Positions 51,454-60,976 of a DNA stretch of 64,000 nucleotides are shown one piece after another (within the stretch, counting starts at the first letter, position 1; every line of letters begins with the position of its first letter). The DNA lies in the NCBI GenBank assembly GCA_021777765.1, contig JAJYDF010000017.1, forward strand, positions 3,909-67,908, in the 5' to 3' direction. The stretch is from Pseudomonadota bacterium. GTDB taxonomy: Bacteria > Pseudomonadota > Gammaproteobacteria > DASZBR01. Under the pieces are notes generated by a model. The model did no database searches. It saw nothing but the letters and a program-made list of their open reading frames with translations, and was not told the origin of the DNA. Position numbers and translations under genes: made by a program.

Positions 51454-52569
51454 TTAACGCCAATCTCGTTTTAACGATTGTTTACGTTCAAATCGCGCGA
51501 TAGCAAGTCGAATTAATTCGGTTAATAAATTTTGATAATTTAATCCACTGGCTTCCCATAATTTGGGATACATACTATATGGTGTAAAGCCGGGGAGAGT
51601 ATTAATTTCATTGAAATAGATATTATTAGTGTTTTTTTCAACAAATAAATCAACACGCGCCATGCCTTCACATTCCAATACTAAAAATATGTCTTTAGCA
51701 ATAGATTGTAATTGCGCTAATAATTCAGGAGAAATATTTGCGGGTATTTCTAAAGTTAAAGCAGCGGGATCTAAATATTTTGCTTCGTAAGAATAAAACT
51801 CGTGTTTAGGTGCTAATACAATTTCACCGGCGACACTCACACGAGGGGGAGCACCATAGTGATTGTTTTCTAATACAGATAATTCGACGTCACGTACATT
51901 GAGTGCAGCTTCAATAATTATTTTGTGGTCAAATTGCAAAGCGTTATCAATTGCAGCTGTTAATTCTTGTTGATTGTGTGCTTTATTAACACCGACGCTT
52001 GAACCTGTATTGACAGGTTTAACAAAGACAGGAAATGGGAGTTTATGATTAATTGTTTGCAATACTTGTTGTGAATTAAGTTGCCATTGCGCAGCGCGAA
52101 TTTCTATAAAGGGTGCAACGGCAATTCCTGCTGTTTGCACTAATTTTTTGGATATGACTTTATCCATACCTAATGCGGATGACATCACATTAGCACCGAC
52201 ATACGGGACATTTAAAATTTCAAATAACCCTTGCAATGTACCATCTTCGCATTGCACACCATGAACAACAGGAAATATCACATCAAAATATTTATCTTGA
52301 TTAAGTTGTGACTGTAATGACTTTTGTGATTGTTGCATGATGGGAAATTGTTCAGCAGTCGTTTCATTGATTTTTAAAGCACTATTATCGGGTAATAATA
52401 CATTAGGTACTTTATCAATTAACCATTGGCCATTTTTATCAATGGCAATCGGTATTGGTTCAAATAAATTTCGATCAAGATTTTTTAAAACGCCTGCTGC
52501 AGACATACAAGATACTTCGTGTTCACCTGAGCAACCACCATATACTACTGCAATTTTAAGTTTTTTCAT
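51454..52569 (-). CDS. ddl: D-alanine--D-alanine ligase
   Basis: GGCSGEHEVS, HGVQCEDGTLQG, VKPVNTGSSVG, YSYEAKY, NEINTLPGFT..SMYP. Confidence 0.95.
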   Translation of the reverse strand: MKKLKIAVVYGGCSGEHEVSCMSAAGVLKNLDRNLFEPIPIAIDKNGQWLIDKVPNVLLPDNSALKINETTAEQFPIMQQSQKSLQSQLNQDKYFDVIFPVVHGVQCEDGTLQGLFEILNVPYVGANVMSSALGMDKVISKKLVQTAGIAVAPFIEIRAAQWQLNSQQVLQTINHKLPFPVFVKPVNTGSSVGVNKAHNQQELTAAIDNALQFDHKIIIEAALNVRDVELSVLENNHYGAPPRVSVAGEIVLAPKHEFYSYEAKYLDPAALTLEIPANISPELLAQLQSIAKDIFLVLECEGMARVDLFVEKNTNNIYFNEINTLPGFTPYSMYPKLWEASGLNYQNLLTELIRLAIARFERKQSLKRDWR

Positions 52570-52593
52570 GTTGAGATTCCGTGTAAATAAATA

Positions 52594-53997
52594 TTATGCA
52601 CTATTTGATAATGTTGATCTTAATTGATATGACTGATTATGTGTTTCAATTATTTTATTGATTAATTGTGATGTTAATTTTGAATAGAAAACTATTGTTG
52701 AGGGATCACGATCCGCCGATACAGAATATCCTATCGCAATAGTATAATCGAGAGCGATAAGTAAATGATAATGTTTAACCGCTGACATATCGATACTATC
52801 GATACTTGAAAGATAATTCAATAATGCTCCAGCGTGTGTAGCAACTCTGACAGTCTCCTTTGAGTGAGGAATGAGATGTTTTTTCCCACCAAAGAAGTTA
52901 AGAGAATAGGGCGCATTTTTATTATTGTGAGGGCCGCTTATCAATAAATTTATCAGCCAATTCAATATAGTTGATAGTGAATTAGGATGTAACTCTTTTA
53001 TAGTATTCTGTCTCAAATTGAAATAACTATTAGCTTCATTTCTTTCATTCATTAGTACTGTGTAATGAATAAATCCTATTAATGAATTTTTAAAAAAATC
53101 ATGTGTAGTTGGACTGCGACTAAAAGGTTTAACAACGGAAATAGTATGCAGATCATCAAGAATTTCTAATAATGTAACTTGATTTTGTGCAATATTTCCT
53201 TGTAATACACTGTTTATTTTAATTAACCAGTCAAAAACATGCTGGGGAACTTTAAAGTCATATGTTTTACCATTAATTACCGGTGTAATACCTCCTAACC
53301 TTAAATCATAATGATGGCCTTTTTCATTAATGGGGCCTAGCAATAATAAATGAAATAGAGAATTTAATATTTTGGCAGTCTGTTCTGTTGATAAATTAAT
53401 TATTTTTTGTTTAATCTCTTCTCTGATTAAATTTGTTAGCGGTAAAGCATTCATTTGTAGAGGTATAGGCGCATTAGCATTAGCAGGAGCAAATAATGAC
53501 AGGATATTTTTATTTAATAAGGAGATATCTCTATCGATATGTTGGAGAGAAAATCCGAGATGGAATGCAAATTTTCTACTAATTTTTTGTAAATCAGTTT
53601 CTGTTAATAAGGTAACATCAGTGACATTATCATAAGTTTCGATGATGGAAATGGGAAGTGATTGAGAGGGATATTCATCAAGTGAAGATAACCATCTGTT
53701 AATTTGTTTTATTTTTTCTTGCGTATCCAATTGTGCTGCAATAATGATTATATATAACTGCGTATCACGAATTTGTGATGGATTAGAGACATCAGAAGGG
53801 ATGTCCCAGATTTGTAATTTTCTTTTAACATTGCCATCAATAATAGTCGTCATTTGAAAGCTAATGCTCATGGAAGAATTAGGTGCATTATTAACGGGTA
53901 GTTTAAGCCAGGCATTGTATAATTGTGTTTTGCCTAAATTGTTATCTCCCAGAAGAACAACTTTATGGTAATCTTTTATCTTTTCTATAGCTTCCAT
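52594..53997 (-). CDS. Degenerate Ras/Rab-like small GTPase domain fused to a duplicated C-terminal domain, effector candidate
   Basis: KVVLLGDNNLGKTQL (G1), KLQIWDIPS (G3-like); two ~120 aa internal repeats. Confidence 0.65.
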   Translation of the reverse strand: MEAIEKIKDYHKVVLLGDNNLGKTQLYNAWLKLPVNNAPNSSMSISFQMTTIIDGNVKRKLQIWDIPSDVSNPSQIRDTQLYIIIIAAQLDTQEKIKQINRWLSSLDEYPSQSLPISIIETYDNVTDVTLLTETDLQKISRKFAFHLGFSLQHIDRDISLLNKNILSLFAPANANAPIPLQMNALPLTNLIREEIKQKIINLSTEQTAKILNSLFHLLLLGPINEKGHHYDLRLGGITPVINGKTYDFKVPQHVFDWLIKINSVLQGNIAQNQVTLLEILDDLHTISVVKPFSRSPTTHDFFKNSLIGFIHYTVLMNERNEANSYFNLRQNTIKELHPNSLSTILNWLINLLISGPHNNKNAPYSLNFFGGKKHLIPHSKETVRVATHAGALLNYLSSIDSIDMSAVKHYHLLIALDYTIAIGYSVSADRDPSTIVFYSKLTSQLINKIIETHNQSYQLRSTLSNSA

Positions 53998-54019
53998 ATT
54001 TTATTTATGCCTCTTTATA

Positions 54020-54568
54020 TTATGTACTAATTAAATTATTTATTGCGATATCCAAGGCTTGTTTAAACCAGCTAGTGAATTGCGTGGGGTTTGACTTTAG
54101 TTCATTTACTAATGAATTAATTTCTACCCAGCGGTATGCGGCTGCTTCATCATGATTAATATTGATAATAGATTGATCAGTAAAACCCACTAACACATGG
54201 TCATATTCGTGTTCAACTAAGTAATTTCCTACATCTGCTTTATAAATAAAAGCACCAACTTCCGTTAATTCTACTTCAATGCCCATTTCTTCATTTAGAC
54301 GATTTTTTGCTGATGTTGTTAATTGTTCGCCGGGTTTGGGATGACTACAACAAGTATTGGTCCATAATCCTGCTGAGTGATATTTTTGTAAATTTCTTTG
54401 CTGTAATAGCAACTCGTAGGTGCTGTCTTTTTTGCGAAAAACAAATATAGAAAAAGCACGGTGTAGTTGACCTGTCTGATGGGCTGCTAATTTTTCTTCA
54501 ATACCAATTTCTTGATCACAATCGTCTACTAAGATGACGTATGAGGGTGTTGGTGTAGAATTGTTCAT
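54020..54568 (-). CDS. idi: Isopentenyl-diphosphate delta-isomerase type 1
   Basis: KLAAH..LHRAFSIF, LLQQR, WTNTCCSHP, EHEYDHV. Confidence 0.94.
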   Translation of the reverse strand: MNNSTPTPSYVILVDDCDQEIGIEEKLAAHQTGQLHRAFSIFVFRKKDSTYELLLQQRNLQKYHSAGLWTNTCCSHPKPGEQLTTSAKNRLNEEMGIEVELTEVGAFIYKADVGNYLVEHEYDHVLVGFTDQSIININHDEAAAYRWVEINSLVNELKSNPTQFTSWFKQALDIAINNLIST

Positions 54569-54594
54569 GGTGTATCCAAAAATAAATTAAAGAT

Positions 54595-54626
54595 TTTCCT
54601 TCTCCCCGAAGGGGAGAAGGAAAAAA
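54595..54626. repeat. Solo family A hairpin
   Basis: TTTCCTTCTCCCCGAAGGGGAGAAGGAAA. Confidence 0.75.
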
Positions 54627-54646
54627 ATAAAGTATATCATGTTTAT

Positions 54647-55522
54647 TCATAAAGAAAGAGGCTTAGTAGCTACAAATACGCCATATTTTACACTACCTTG
54701 ATTGAATGCTTCTTTCATCAGTTTTAGTTGTTTAACAAATTTTAAACCTTTAAAACCACTGACTTTGATAATTTGCAACAGGGAATAATGATTGATTAAT
54801 GAAATACCAATTTCCCAGCTTTTTTTAACTTGGGATGACCAGTCGTAAACATCATTAATATTAAAATTATTTAAAGCCAATAATTGTTGATAATGTGAAA
54901 TAGTCGGCATGTAGGGTAAATCAAAAGCATTACAGAGCCGTAAATATTTTTTTGCTAATGTGTCCTGATATTGTTCTTGATCAGAACACCAAGTCGCTAT
55001 TATTAATTGTCCGCCTGGTTTTAATACCCGAAAAGCTTGTTGGATAAATAAATTTTTATCATAAAATTGTTCACAGCTTTCTAATGACCAAACAATATCT
55101 ATGGAATTATTTGCGATATTGGCCAAAGATAATGCGTCATTTATAGTAAATTGCACATGATTAATTTGTTCTTTTCCGGCTTGTTGTTTTGCTATTGCTA
55201 CTTGTTGTGTACTTAAAGTAATCCCTGTCACATTGACATTAAAATGTTTGGCTAAATAAATACTACTTCCACCTAGACCACAGCCAACATCTAAGATTGA
55301 ATAAGAAGGTTTTATCTTTAACAATTCTGCTAATTTGATAATGAGTATTTCTTGTGCTTCTTGCGGTGAGATGGATGTATTTTGATCGTAAAAGCCATGA
55401 TGTATATGTTGTCCCCAAATTAATTGCCAGCCTTTGGATAATTTATCCCAATAATCAGTGATTCGAGTCGTTATTATTTCACGATTATTAAATATTGGCG
55501 TGTTGGTTTTAATTATCATCAT
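54647..55522 (-). CDS. SAM-dependent methyltransferase, gamma-tocopherol/sterol C-methyltransferase-like
   Basis: WGQHIHHGFY, ILDVGCGLGGSS, VTGITLS..Q, WSLES, RVLKPGG..ATWC. Confidence 0.8.
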   Translation of the reverse strand: MMIIKTNTPIFNNREIITTRITDYWDKLSKGWQLIWGQHIHHGFYDQNTSISPQEAQEILIIKLAELLKIKPSYSILDVGCGLGGSSIYLAKHFNVNVTGITLSTQQVAIAKQQAGKEQINHVQFTINDALSLANIANNSIDIVWSLESCEQFYDKNLFIQQAFRVLKPGGQLIIATWCSDQEQYQDTLAKKYLRLCNAFDLPYMPTISHYQQLLALNNFNINDVYDWSSQVKKSWEIGISLINHYSLLQIIKVSGFKGLKFVKQLKLMKEAFNQGSVKYGVFVATKPLSL

Positions 55523-55528
55523 AAATTG

Positions 55529-56635
55529 CTAGTGACACCGCGTTTTTAAAATCATTGCTTCTAATGTTAACCCTGGGCCAAAAGCACAGCCGAAAATATT
55601 TTTATCATGTATTGTGGGATTTAATTCATCCCAAATGGCTTTTAATACAAATAATATGGTCGCAGATGACATATTCCCGAAATTGCGTAAAATATGATAG
55701 GAATATTTATTGTCTATTTCTGTAATATTTAATGCGGTTTCACACGCTTGCAGAATTTTTAGTCCACCGGGATGAATAGCGTAGAGATCAATGTGTGATT
55801 GCTTTAAATCAAAACAATTTAATAATCTATCCACAAAATTTTTAATGCCTCTTTCGATGACATCGGGTACATAGGAACTCAGTACAATATCAAAGCCGTT
55901 ATCGGCAATATGCCATGCCATTTCTTGGCTTGTTTGCGGTAATAAATCACAATAAAAATTATCCAGTGTGAAATATTTTTTCCGGTCTGGGTTCGCTTCG
56001 ATTAACACACAAGCTGCGCCATCAGCAAATATAGCATTGGAAATAATACTGTCTAAATTCATTTTTTTTTGAAAATGAATAGTACAAAGTTCTACTGACA
56101 CCATGAGAACTTTTGCTTGCTGATCAGATTTACAAATTGATTCAGCCACTTTTAAGCCATTAATTGCCCCATAACAGCCCATAAAATTAATGGCAGTGCG
56201 TTTTGTGGTTGAGTTGAGATTTAAATGTTGCACAATTTCAATATCAATTCCGGGTGCGTACATGCCACTGCAACTGATAGTAATTAAATGCGTAATTTCT
56301 GATAAATCAAATTGATCGAATTCCTTTAAACAGTTTTCTATCGCATTTAAAGACAAGTTTAACGCATTATCTTTATATAATTTCATGCGTGAAGAGGTAG
56401 TAGGGTAGGGAACAGCGGGATTATTCGGAAAAAAAATAAAATCACCAGGGTTTCTACAGTAATCATCTAAAACACTATATCTATGTTCGATACCTGTTGC
56501 ATTATAAACCGATTTTAATAAACGGCGTTCGGCGGGATTTAATTGCAAACCATCGCAGATCAAATTAGCAATCTCTTTTTGAGTGCGATGGTTGGTTGGA
56601 TTAGCAGTTCCGATAGCTGTTATAGCAATTTCCAT
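55529..56635 (-). CDS. Type III polyketide synthase (chalcone/stilbene synthase family)
   Basis: Catalytic triad intact: FMGCYG, IHPGG, GNMSS; also VELCTIH and FGPGL; start at MEIAIT (alternative 56665). Confidence 0.93.
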   Translation of the reverse strand: MEIAITAIGTANPTNHRTQKEIANLICDGLQLNPAERRLLKSVYNATGIEHRYSVLDDYCRNPGDFIFFPNNPAVPYPTTSSRMKLYKDNALNLSLNAIENCLKEFDQFDLSEITHLITISCSGMYAPGIDIEIVQHLNLNSTTKRTAINFMGCYGAINGLKVAESICKSDQQAKVLMVSVELCTIHFQKKMNLDSIISNAIFADGAACVLIEANPDRKKYFTLDNFYCDLLPQTSQEMAWHIADNGFDIVLSSYVPDVIERGIKNFVDRLLNCFDLKQSHIDLYAIHPGGLKILQACETALNITEIDNKYSYHILRNFGNMSSATILFVLKAIWDELNPTIHDKNIFGCAFGPGLTLEAMILKTRCH

Positions 56636-56648
56636 ATTAAATTCACTA

Positions 56649-58130
56649 TTATATTTTTTTCTCACCCGTTAATTTATCCATTGTGGGGACTAAAGCAAGT
56701 GCAATCGCTCCAACAATCACTGATGCAACACCGTATTGGAAAAAGGCATGGCCATAAATTTGTAAAGAAGAAAGCGGATTTAAGGGGCCTTGCGGAACAC
56801 TGGCCATTTTTGCGACTTCGCCCGATAAAATACTGGCTGCAGCAGTACCAAGAAACCATGTGCCGATCATCACGCCCATTAGCCGTTGAGGTGCCAATCG
56901 TAACATCATTGATACACCAATGGCGCTAACTAATAATTCAGCCAAACTATATAAAATATAGAAAAATACTAACCACCATGCGGAAACGAGTCCTGCATGA
57001 TCAGCAAATACCGTACTTCCTCTTAATGCTAAAAAACCAATTCCCATGATGATAATGCCAATACCGAATTTTTTAGCGATGGATAAATCGCCACCTTGCC
57101 GTTGTTGTAAATGTGAATATAAAAAGGCTAAACAAGGCGCTAAGACAATAATCCAAAAACCATTTAATGCCCAAAATGAGGCTGTCGGTAAATAAAATCC
57201 TAAAATTCGATGATTCACATTCCTTTCAATAAATAAGGTAATTGCCATAGGGGCTTGAAAATATAAAATAAAAAATGAAATGGCAAAAAGGGTGAAAATT
57301 AAACAGGCTAATAATTGATTTCTATCAGTTGCTGTACTCGTAATTAATAATTTACTAAAAAATAAAATAACAACGGCACCCGTAATTGCCAAAATAATAT
57401 GCGTAATAGTGAGGTGAGTTAATAATAAACTGGCCACAATAATTAATGCTATTGATCCCAAAGCTACCGTAGTGATATGGGGTAACGGTACTGGTTTGTC
57501 GTCAAGAGGGGAACCATATTTTTCCACTAATTTACGGAAATAAATATAATTTAAAATGGCGAAAATTAAACCGGTCGCACAAACAGCAAATGCGATATGC
57601 CAACCAAAATGTTGTGCAATTAATCCCGCGAAAAAAATAGACAATAAACTACCGATGTTGACTGACATATAAAATAAAGTGTAAGCGCCATCGATGCGCG
57701 GGTCATTGCGACCATACATTTTGCCTAATAAAACGGGTGGCATACTTTTGAAAAAACCAGAACCAACAATAACAAAAGCCAATGAAATATATAAATAAGA
57801 GGTGCTTGCTAATAGGATGTAACCTGCTGCCAATAAAATAGCACCGATTAATAAGCTACGCCGGTAACCAAGTACATGATCGCCTAGATATCCACCTAAA
57901 ATTGGAGTGACATAAATCATGGCAACAAGAGCCGCATTAGTTGCATAAGCAACATCATCACTAAAATGTAATGCTTTAGTTAAATAAAGTACTAATAAAG
58001 TAGCAATGCCGTAATAACCAAACCGTTCCCATAATTCGGTGAAAAATAAAACATAGAATGCAGACGGTTGGCCGGTTTTTATTGCTTCTATAATAGAGGG
58101 TTTCCCATTAGACATGGTTGTTGCGCTCAT
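56649..58130 (-). CDS. Proton-dependent oligopeptide transporter (POT/PTR, MFS)
   Basis: ELWERFGYYG (ExxERFxYY), FYMSVNIGS. Confidence 0.93.
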   Translation of the reverse strand: MSATTMSNGKPSIIEAIKTGQPSAFYVLFFTELWERFGYYGIATLLVLYLTKALHFSDDVAYATNAALVAMIYVTPILGGYLGDHVLGYRRSLLIGAILLAAGYILLASTSYLYISLAFVIVGSGFFKSMPPVLLGKMYGRNDPRIDGAYTLFYMSVNIGSLLSIFFAGLIAQHFGWHIAFAVCATGLIFAILNYIYFRKLVEKYGSPLDDKPVPLPHITTVALGSIALIIVASLLLTHLTITHIILAITGAVVILFFSKLLITSTATDRNQLLACLIFTLFAISFFILYFQAPMAITLFIERNVNHRILGFYLPTASFWALNGFWIIVLAPCLAFLYSHLQQRQGGDLSIAKKFGIGIIIMGIGFLALRGSTVFADHAGLVSAWWLVFFYILYSLAELLVSAIGVSMMLRLAPQRLMGVMIGTWFLGTAAASILSGEVAKMASVPQGPLNPLSSLQIYGHAFFQYGVASVIVGAIALALVPTMDKLTGEKKI

Positions 58131-58332
58131 ATGCAGTTCCCAGTTGAATATAAAACAGGTAGCTTAAATTGAAAAAACCCTTTTGACCAGTGTCTTTTTC
58201 ACCATGTGCTATACTCAAAATCTGTCAAAAAACTTATCTCCCATTTCTCAATATATTCGTATTTTTAGATATTTTTTTGCAGAAAAAACTGCACATGATG
58301 GTGTCATTACGTGTTAAGTGAGGAGCAAAATA

Positions 58333-59238
58333 ATGGCTACGATATTGGATAGTAGTGCAAAAGAAATTAAATCTGATTTTCCTTTTATATCACAATTTGT
58401 TGAAGTTAATCATGCGAAAATTCATTACATTGAACAAGGTGAAGGCAATCCATTTGTATTTATTCATGGTGTGCCGACGTGGAGTTATATTTGGCGTAAT
58501 ATTATACCCACTGTCGCAAGGGTAGGACGTTGTGTAGCGAGTGATTTAATTGGTATGGGTAAATCTGAAAAACCCAATATTGATTATCATTTGGCAGATT
58601 ATATTGATTATTTCAGCGGATTTATGGAAAAACTGCAATTACATGATGTTTATTTGGTCATGCATGGTTGGGGATCGGTCATTGGCTTCTGTTATGCCAT
58701 GTTACATCCCAGCATGATTAAAGGATTAATTTTCATGGAATCCTATTTGCGGCCAATTACGAATGTCGAGCAAGTCTCATTAGCCGCACAGGAGCTCGCT
58801 AATTTAGCAAAACAAGATGACTTAGTTTATGATTTAGTCATCCGAAAGAATATCTTCCTCACCAAAATTTTGCCTGGCATTACTCTACGTAAATTAAATC
58901 CTATTGAACTTGCTTGTTATGTGGCGCCATTTCATAAAATGAGTAGCCGTAAATTACTCCTGCAATATTTAATGGAGCAACCTTTTGTTAATGAAGAGAG
59001 TCCTGCTATTCCGGTGATTAAACGATATTCTAATTGGTTACAAAAATCATCATTACCCAAATTGATGTTTTATGGTTTGCCAGGTTTATTGACGACTATG
59101 GATGATGTGCAATGGGCACAAGATCATTTATCAAATTTCAGTTTGATTGATATAGGAAATGGGTTACATAATCTTCCTGAATGTTCACCATTCATGATTG
59201 CAAATGAAATTGTAAATTGGTATGAACAATTGAAATAA
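58333..59238 (+). CDS. Haloalkane dehalogenase-like alpha/beta hydrolase lacking the Asp nucleophile
   Basis: FIHGVPTWSYIWRNIIP, DLIGMGKS, LVMHGWGS (family HDWG), FMES, GLHNLPE. Confidence 0.8.
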   Translation: MATILDSSAKEIKSDFPFISQFVEVNHAKIHYIEQGEGNPFVFIHGVPTWSYIWRNIIPTVARVGRCVASDLIGMGKSEKPNIDYHLADYIDYFSGFMEKLQLHDVYLVMHGWGSVIGFCYAMLHPSMIKGLIFMESYLRPITNVEQVSLAAQELANLAKQDDLVYDLVIRKNIFLTKILPGITLRKLNPIELACYVAPFHKMSSRKLLLQYLMEQPFVNEESPAIPVIKRYSNWLQKSSLPKLMFYGLPGLLTTMDDVQWAQDHLSNFSLIDIGNGLHNLPECSPFMIANEIVNWYEQLK

Positions 59239-59284
59239 TCGTGGTTGCGACTAATAATATACGTACAGTCGTAACGCATTTATA

Positions 59285-59486
59285 TCCCGGATTCCAGCAG
59301 TGCCATGAACAAATAATTTACGAAAGTAATATTATGAATTCAAATCAGTTTATCATTTGCTTCTATCCAGGCTACATTTACTGTCTTTTTCGCTTATACA
59401 GTCGTAGCCTGGGTGCAGCCAAAGTAAAATTTAATCTTTAATAATCCACAAATAATAATTTAAAACTAAGGGCGAAACCCGGGAAT
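59285..59486. repeat. Family C REP units, GTAG ends facing inward
   Basis: TCCCGGATTCCAGC-~59nt-TGCTTCTATCCAGGCTACA ... CGTAGCCTGGGTGCAGCC-~49nt-GGGCGAAACCCGGGAAT. Confidence 0.75.
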
Positions 59487-59795
59487 AAATTTTACTTTTT
59501 ATTCTCAAATTAATTAATTCTCTCCTCACAATGTTTCAGAAATTGGTATATTACTTTTGGTTAATTTCTGAAAAGTTTGTATGCTTTTAACCTTTAAGTG
59601 TTTTATTTGCGCAAGAATCGAAATTAATGCTTGCAAAAAATACCAATATACGTCTAAATTAGTCGCCGATGTCTGGGCAGTGTAGCAACTGCTTATCTGA
59701 ACTAGGCAATTGGTTGTGTTTTAAAGCAATTGGATTTATGGATTTAAAGCACAAAGGTTAATGATCATTCAACTTTTTTAAAAGGATATATCCCG

Positions 59796-60056
59796 ATGGC
59801 AAGTTTATCTAAAATTGGCGTAGCGATTGCTACATTATCTGCAAGTGTGGTATTAGCAGCTGGTTTAACTGGTTGTGCTTCTCAAGGTACATCCGCTCAA
59901 GGCGCAGGCGCAGTAGTTCCAGCTCCAGCAGCTCCAATGCCAGCACAAAATGCATGTAAAAACAGAGCTACTTGTAAAGCTGTTGTTGCTCCTCCTGTTG
60001 GTTGTAAAGGTAGTAACAGTTGCCGTACAGGTAATAGCTGCCATACAGCGCAATAA
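59796..60056 (+). CDS. Cys-repeat RiPP precursor with lipoprotein signal peptide (bufferin-like)
   Basis: AAGGA RBS; lipobox LTG-C27; Ala/Pro linker; Cys at 54, 60, 70, 76, 82; directly upstream of DUF692. Confidence 0.8.
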   Translation: MASLSKIGVAIATLSASVVLAAGLTGCASQGTSAQGAGAVVPAPAAPMPAQNACKNRATCKAVVAPPVGCKGSNSCRTGNSCHTAQ

Positions 60057-60066
60057 TTATCAAAAT

Positions 60067-60102
60067 AAAAAGAGTGGCTATAACATAGCCGCTCTTTTTT
60101 TT
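60067..60102 (+). terminator. Intrinsic terminator between precursor and DUF692 gene
   Basis: AGAGTGGCTAT-AAC-ATAGCCGCTCT followed by a T run. Confidence 0.8.
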
Positions 60103-60118
60103 ACTCTTGATTATTTCT

Positions 60119-60976
60119 ATGCAAAAAAAAATAGCAAAAATTAAATCTCAATTTCTCGGTTGTGGCATTGGTCTTCGTGCATTTTACTACCAAGAAATTT
60201 TAGAAAAATTACCAGCAATAGACTGGTTTGAAATCATTACTGAAGATTATCTTGTCCCTGGTGGACGACCTCATTTTTATCTCGATCAAGTACGACAACA
60301 TTATCCTATCGTTATGCATGGTGTATCGCTATCGATTGGTGGTACTGACCCTTTAAATTTTGATTATTTAACAAAAGTCAAACAATTAGCACAGCGTATC
60401 GAACCCGCATGGATTTCTGATCATTTTTGTTGGACAGGTGTCAATCATTTGAATATGCATGATTTATTACCGTTGCCTTACACTGAAGAAGCGATTAATC
60501 ATGTTGCGTCACGTATTGATCAAGTACAAGAATTTTTAGGCCGTCAAATCGCACTGGAAAATGTATCCAGCTATATTTCATACAATGAATCAAGTATGAC
60601 TGAATGGGAATTTATTAAATCCATTGTAAAACGTGCTGGTTGTAAAATTTTATTAGATGTTAATAACATTTATGTCAGTTCAATTAATCATTCTTTTGAT
60701 CCATACGAATTTTTAAATGATGTACCCGTTAATTGTGTACAACAATTTCATTTGGCAGGGCATACTAATAAAGGTGTTCATTTAATTGACACACATGATA
60801 TGCCAATTATTGAACCCGTTTGGGAATTATACGCGGCTGCTTTACGCCGATTTGGTAAAATTAGCACCTTAATCGAACGCGATGATAATTTTCCGCCGCT
60901 GGATGAATTATTAACTGAACTGAATCGTGTAAAACAAACCGTTAAATCAATTTGTGATGAGCCTGTTGCATGCTAA
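60119..60976 (+). CDS. DUF692 family multinuclear non-heme iron oxidative enzyme (MNIO)
   Basis: GIGLR, HGVSLSIG, SDH, DLLPLP, LENV, LLDVNN, HLAGH, IDTH, IERD. Confidence 0.93.
   Translation: MQKKIAKIKSQFLGCGIGLRAFYYQEILEKLPAIDWFEIITEDYLVPGGRPHFYLDQVRQHYPIVMHGVSLSIGGTDPLNFDYLTKVKQLAQRIEPAWISDHFCWTGVNHLNMHDLLPLPYTEEAINHVASRIDQVQEFLGRQIALENVSSYISYNESSMTEWEFIKSIVKRAGCKILLDVNNIYVSSINHSFDPYEFLNDVPVNCVQQFHLAGHTNKGVHLIDTHDMPIIEPVWELYAAALRRFGKISTLIERDDNFPPLDELLTELNRVKQTVKSICDEPVAC

Noticed and set aside
55529-56635. Type III PKS acting as the missing HMG-CoA synthase
   Set aside because: Motifs (MGC, HPGG, GNMSS, FGPG) are chalcone-synthase type and HMG-CoA synthase signatures were not seen
59241-59441. 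66 aa ORF upstream of the RiPP precursor as a second precursor
   Set aside because: Lies across family C REP units, with no RBS, signal peptide or Cys pattern
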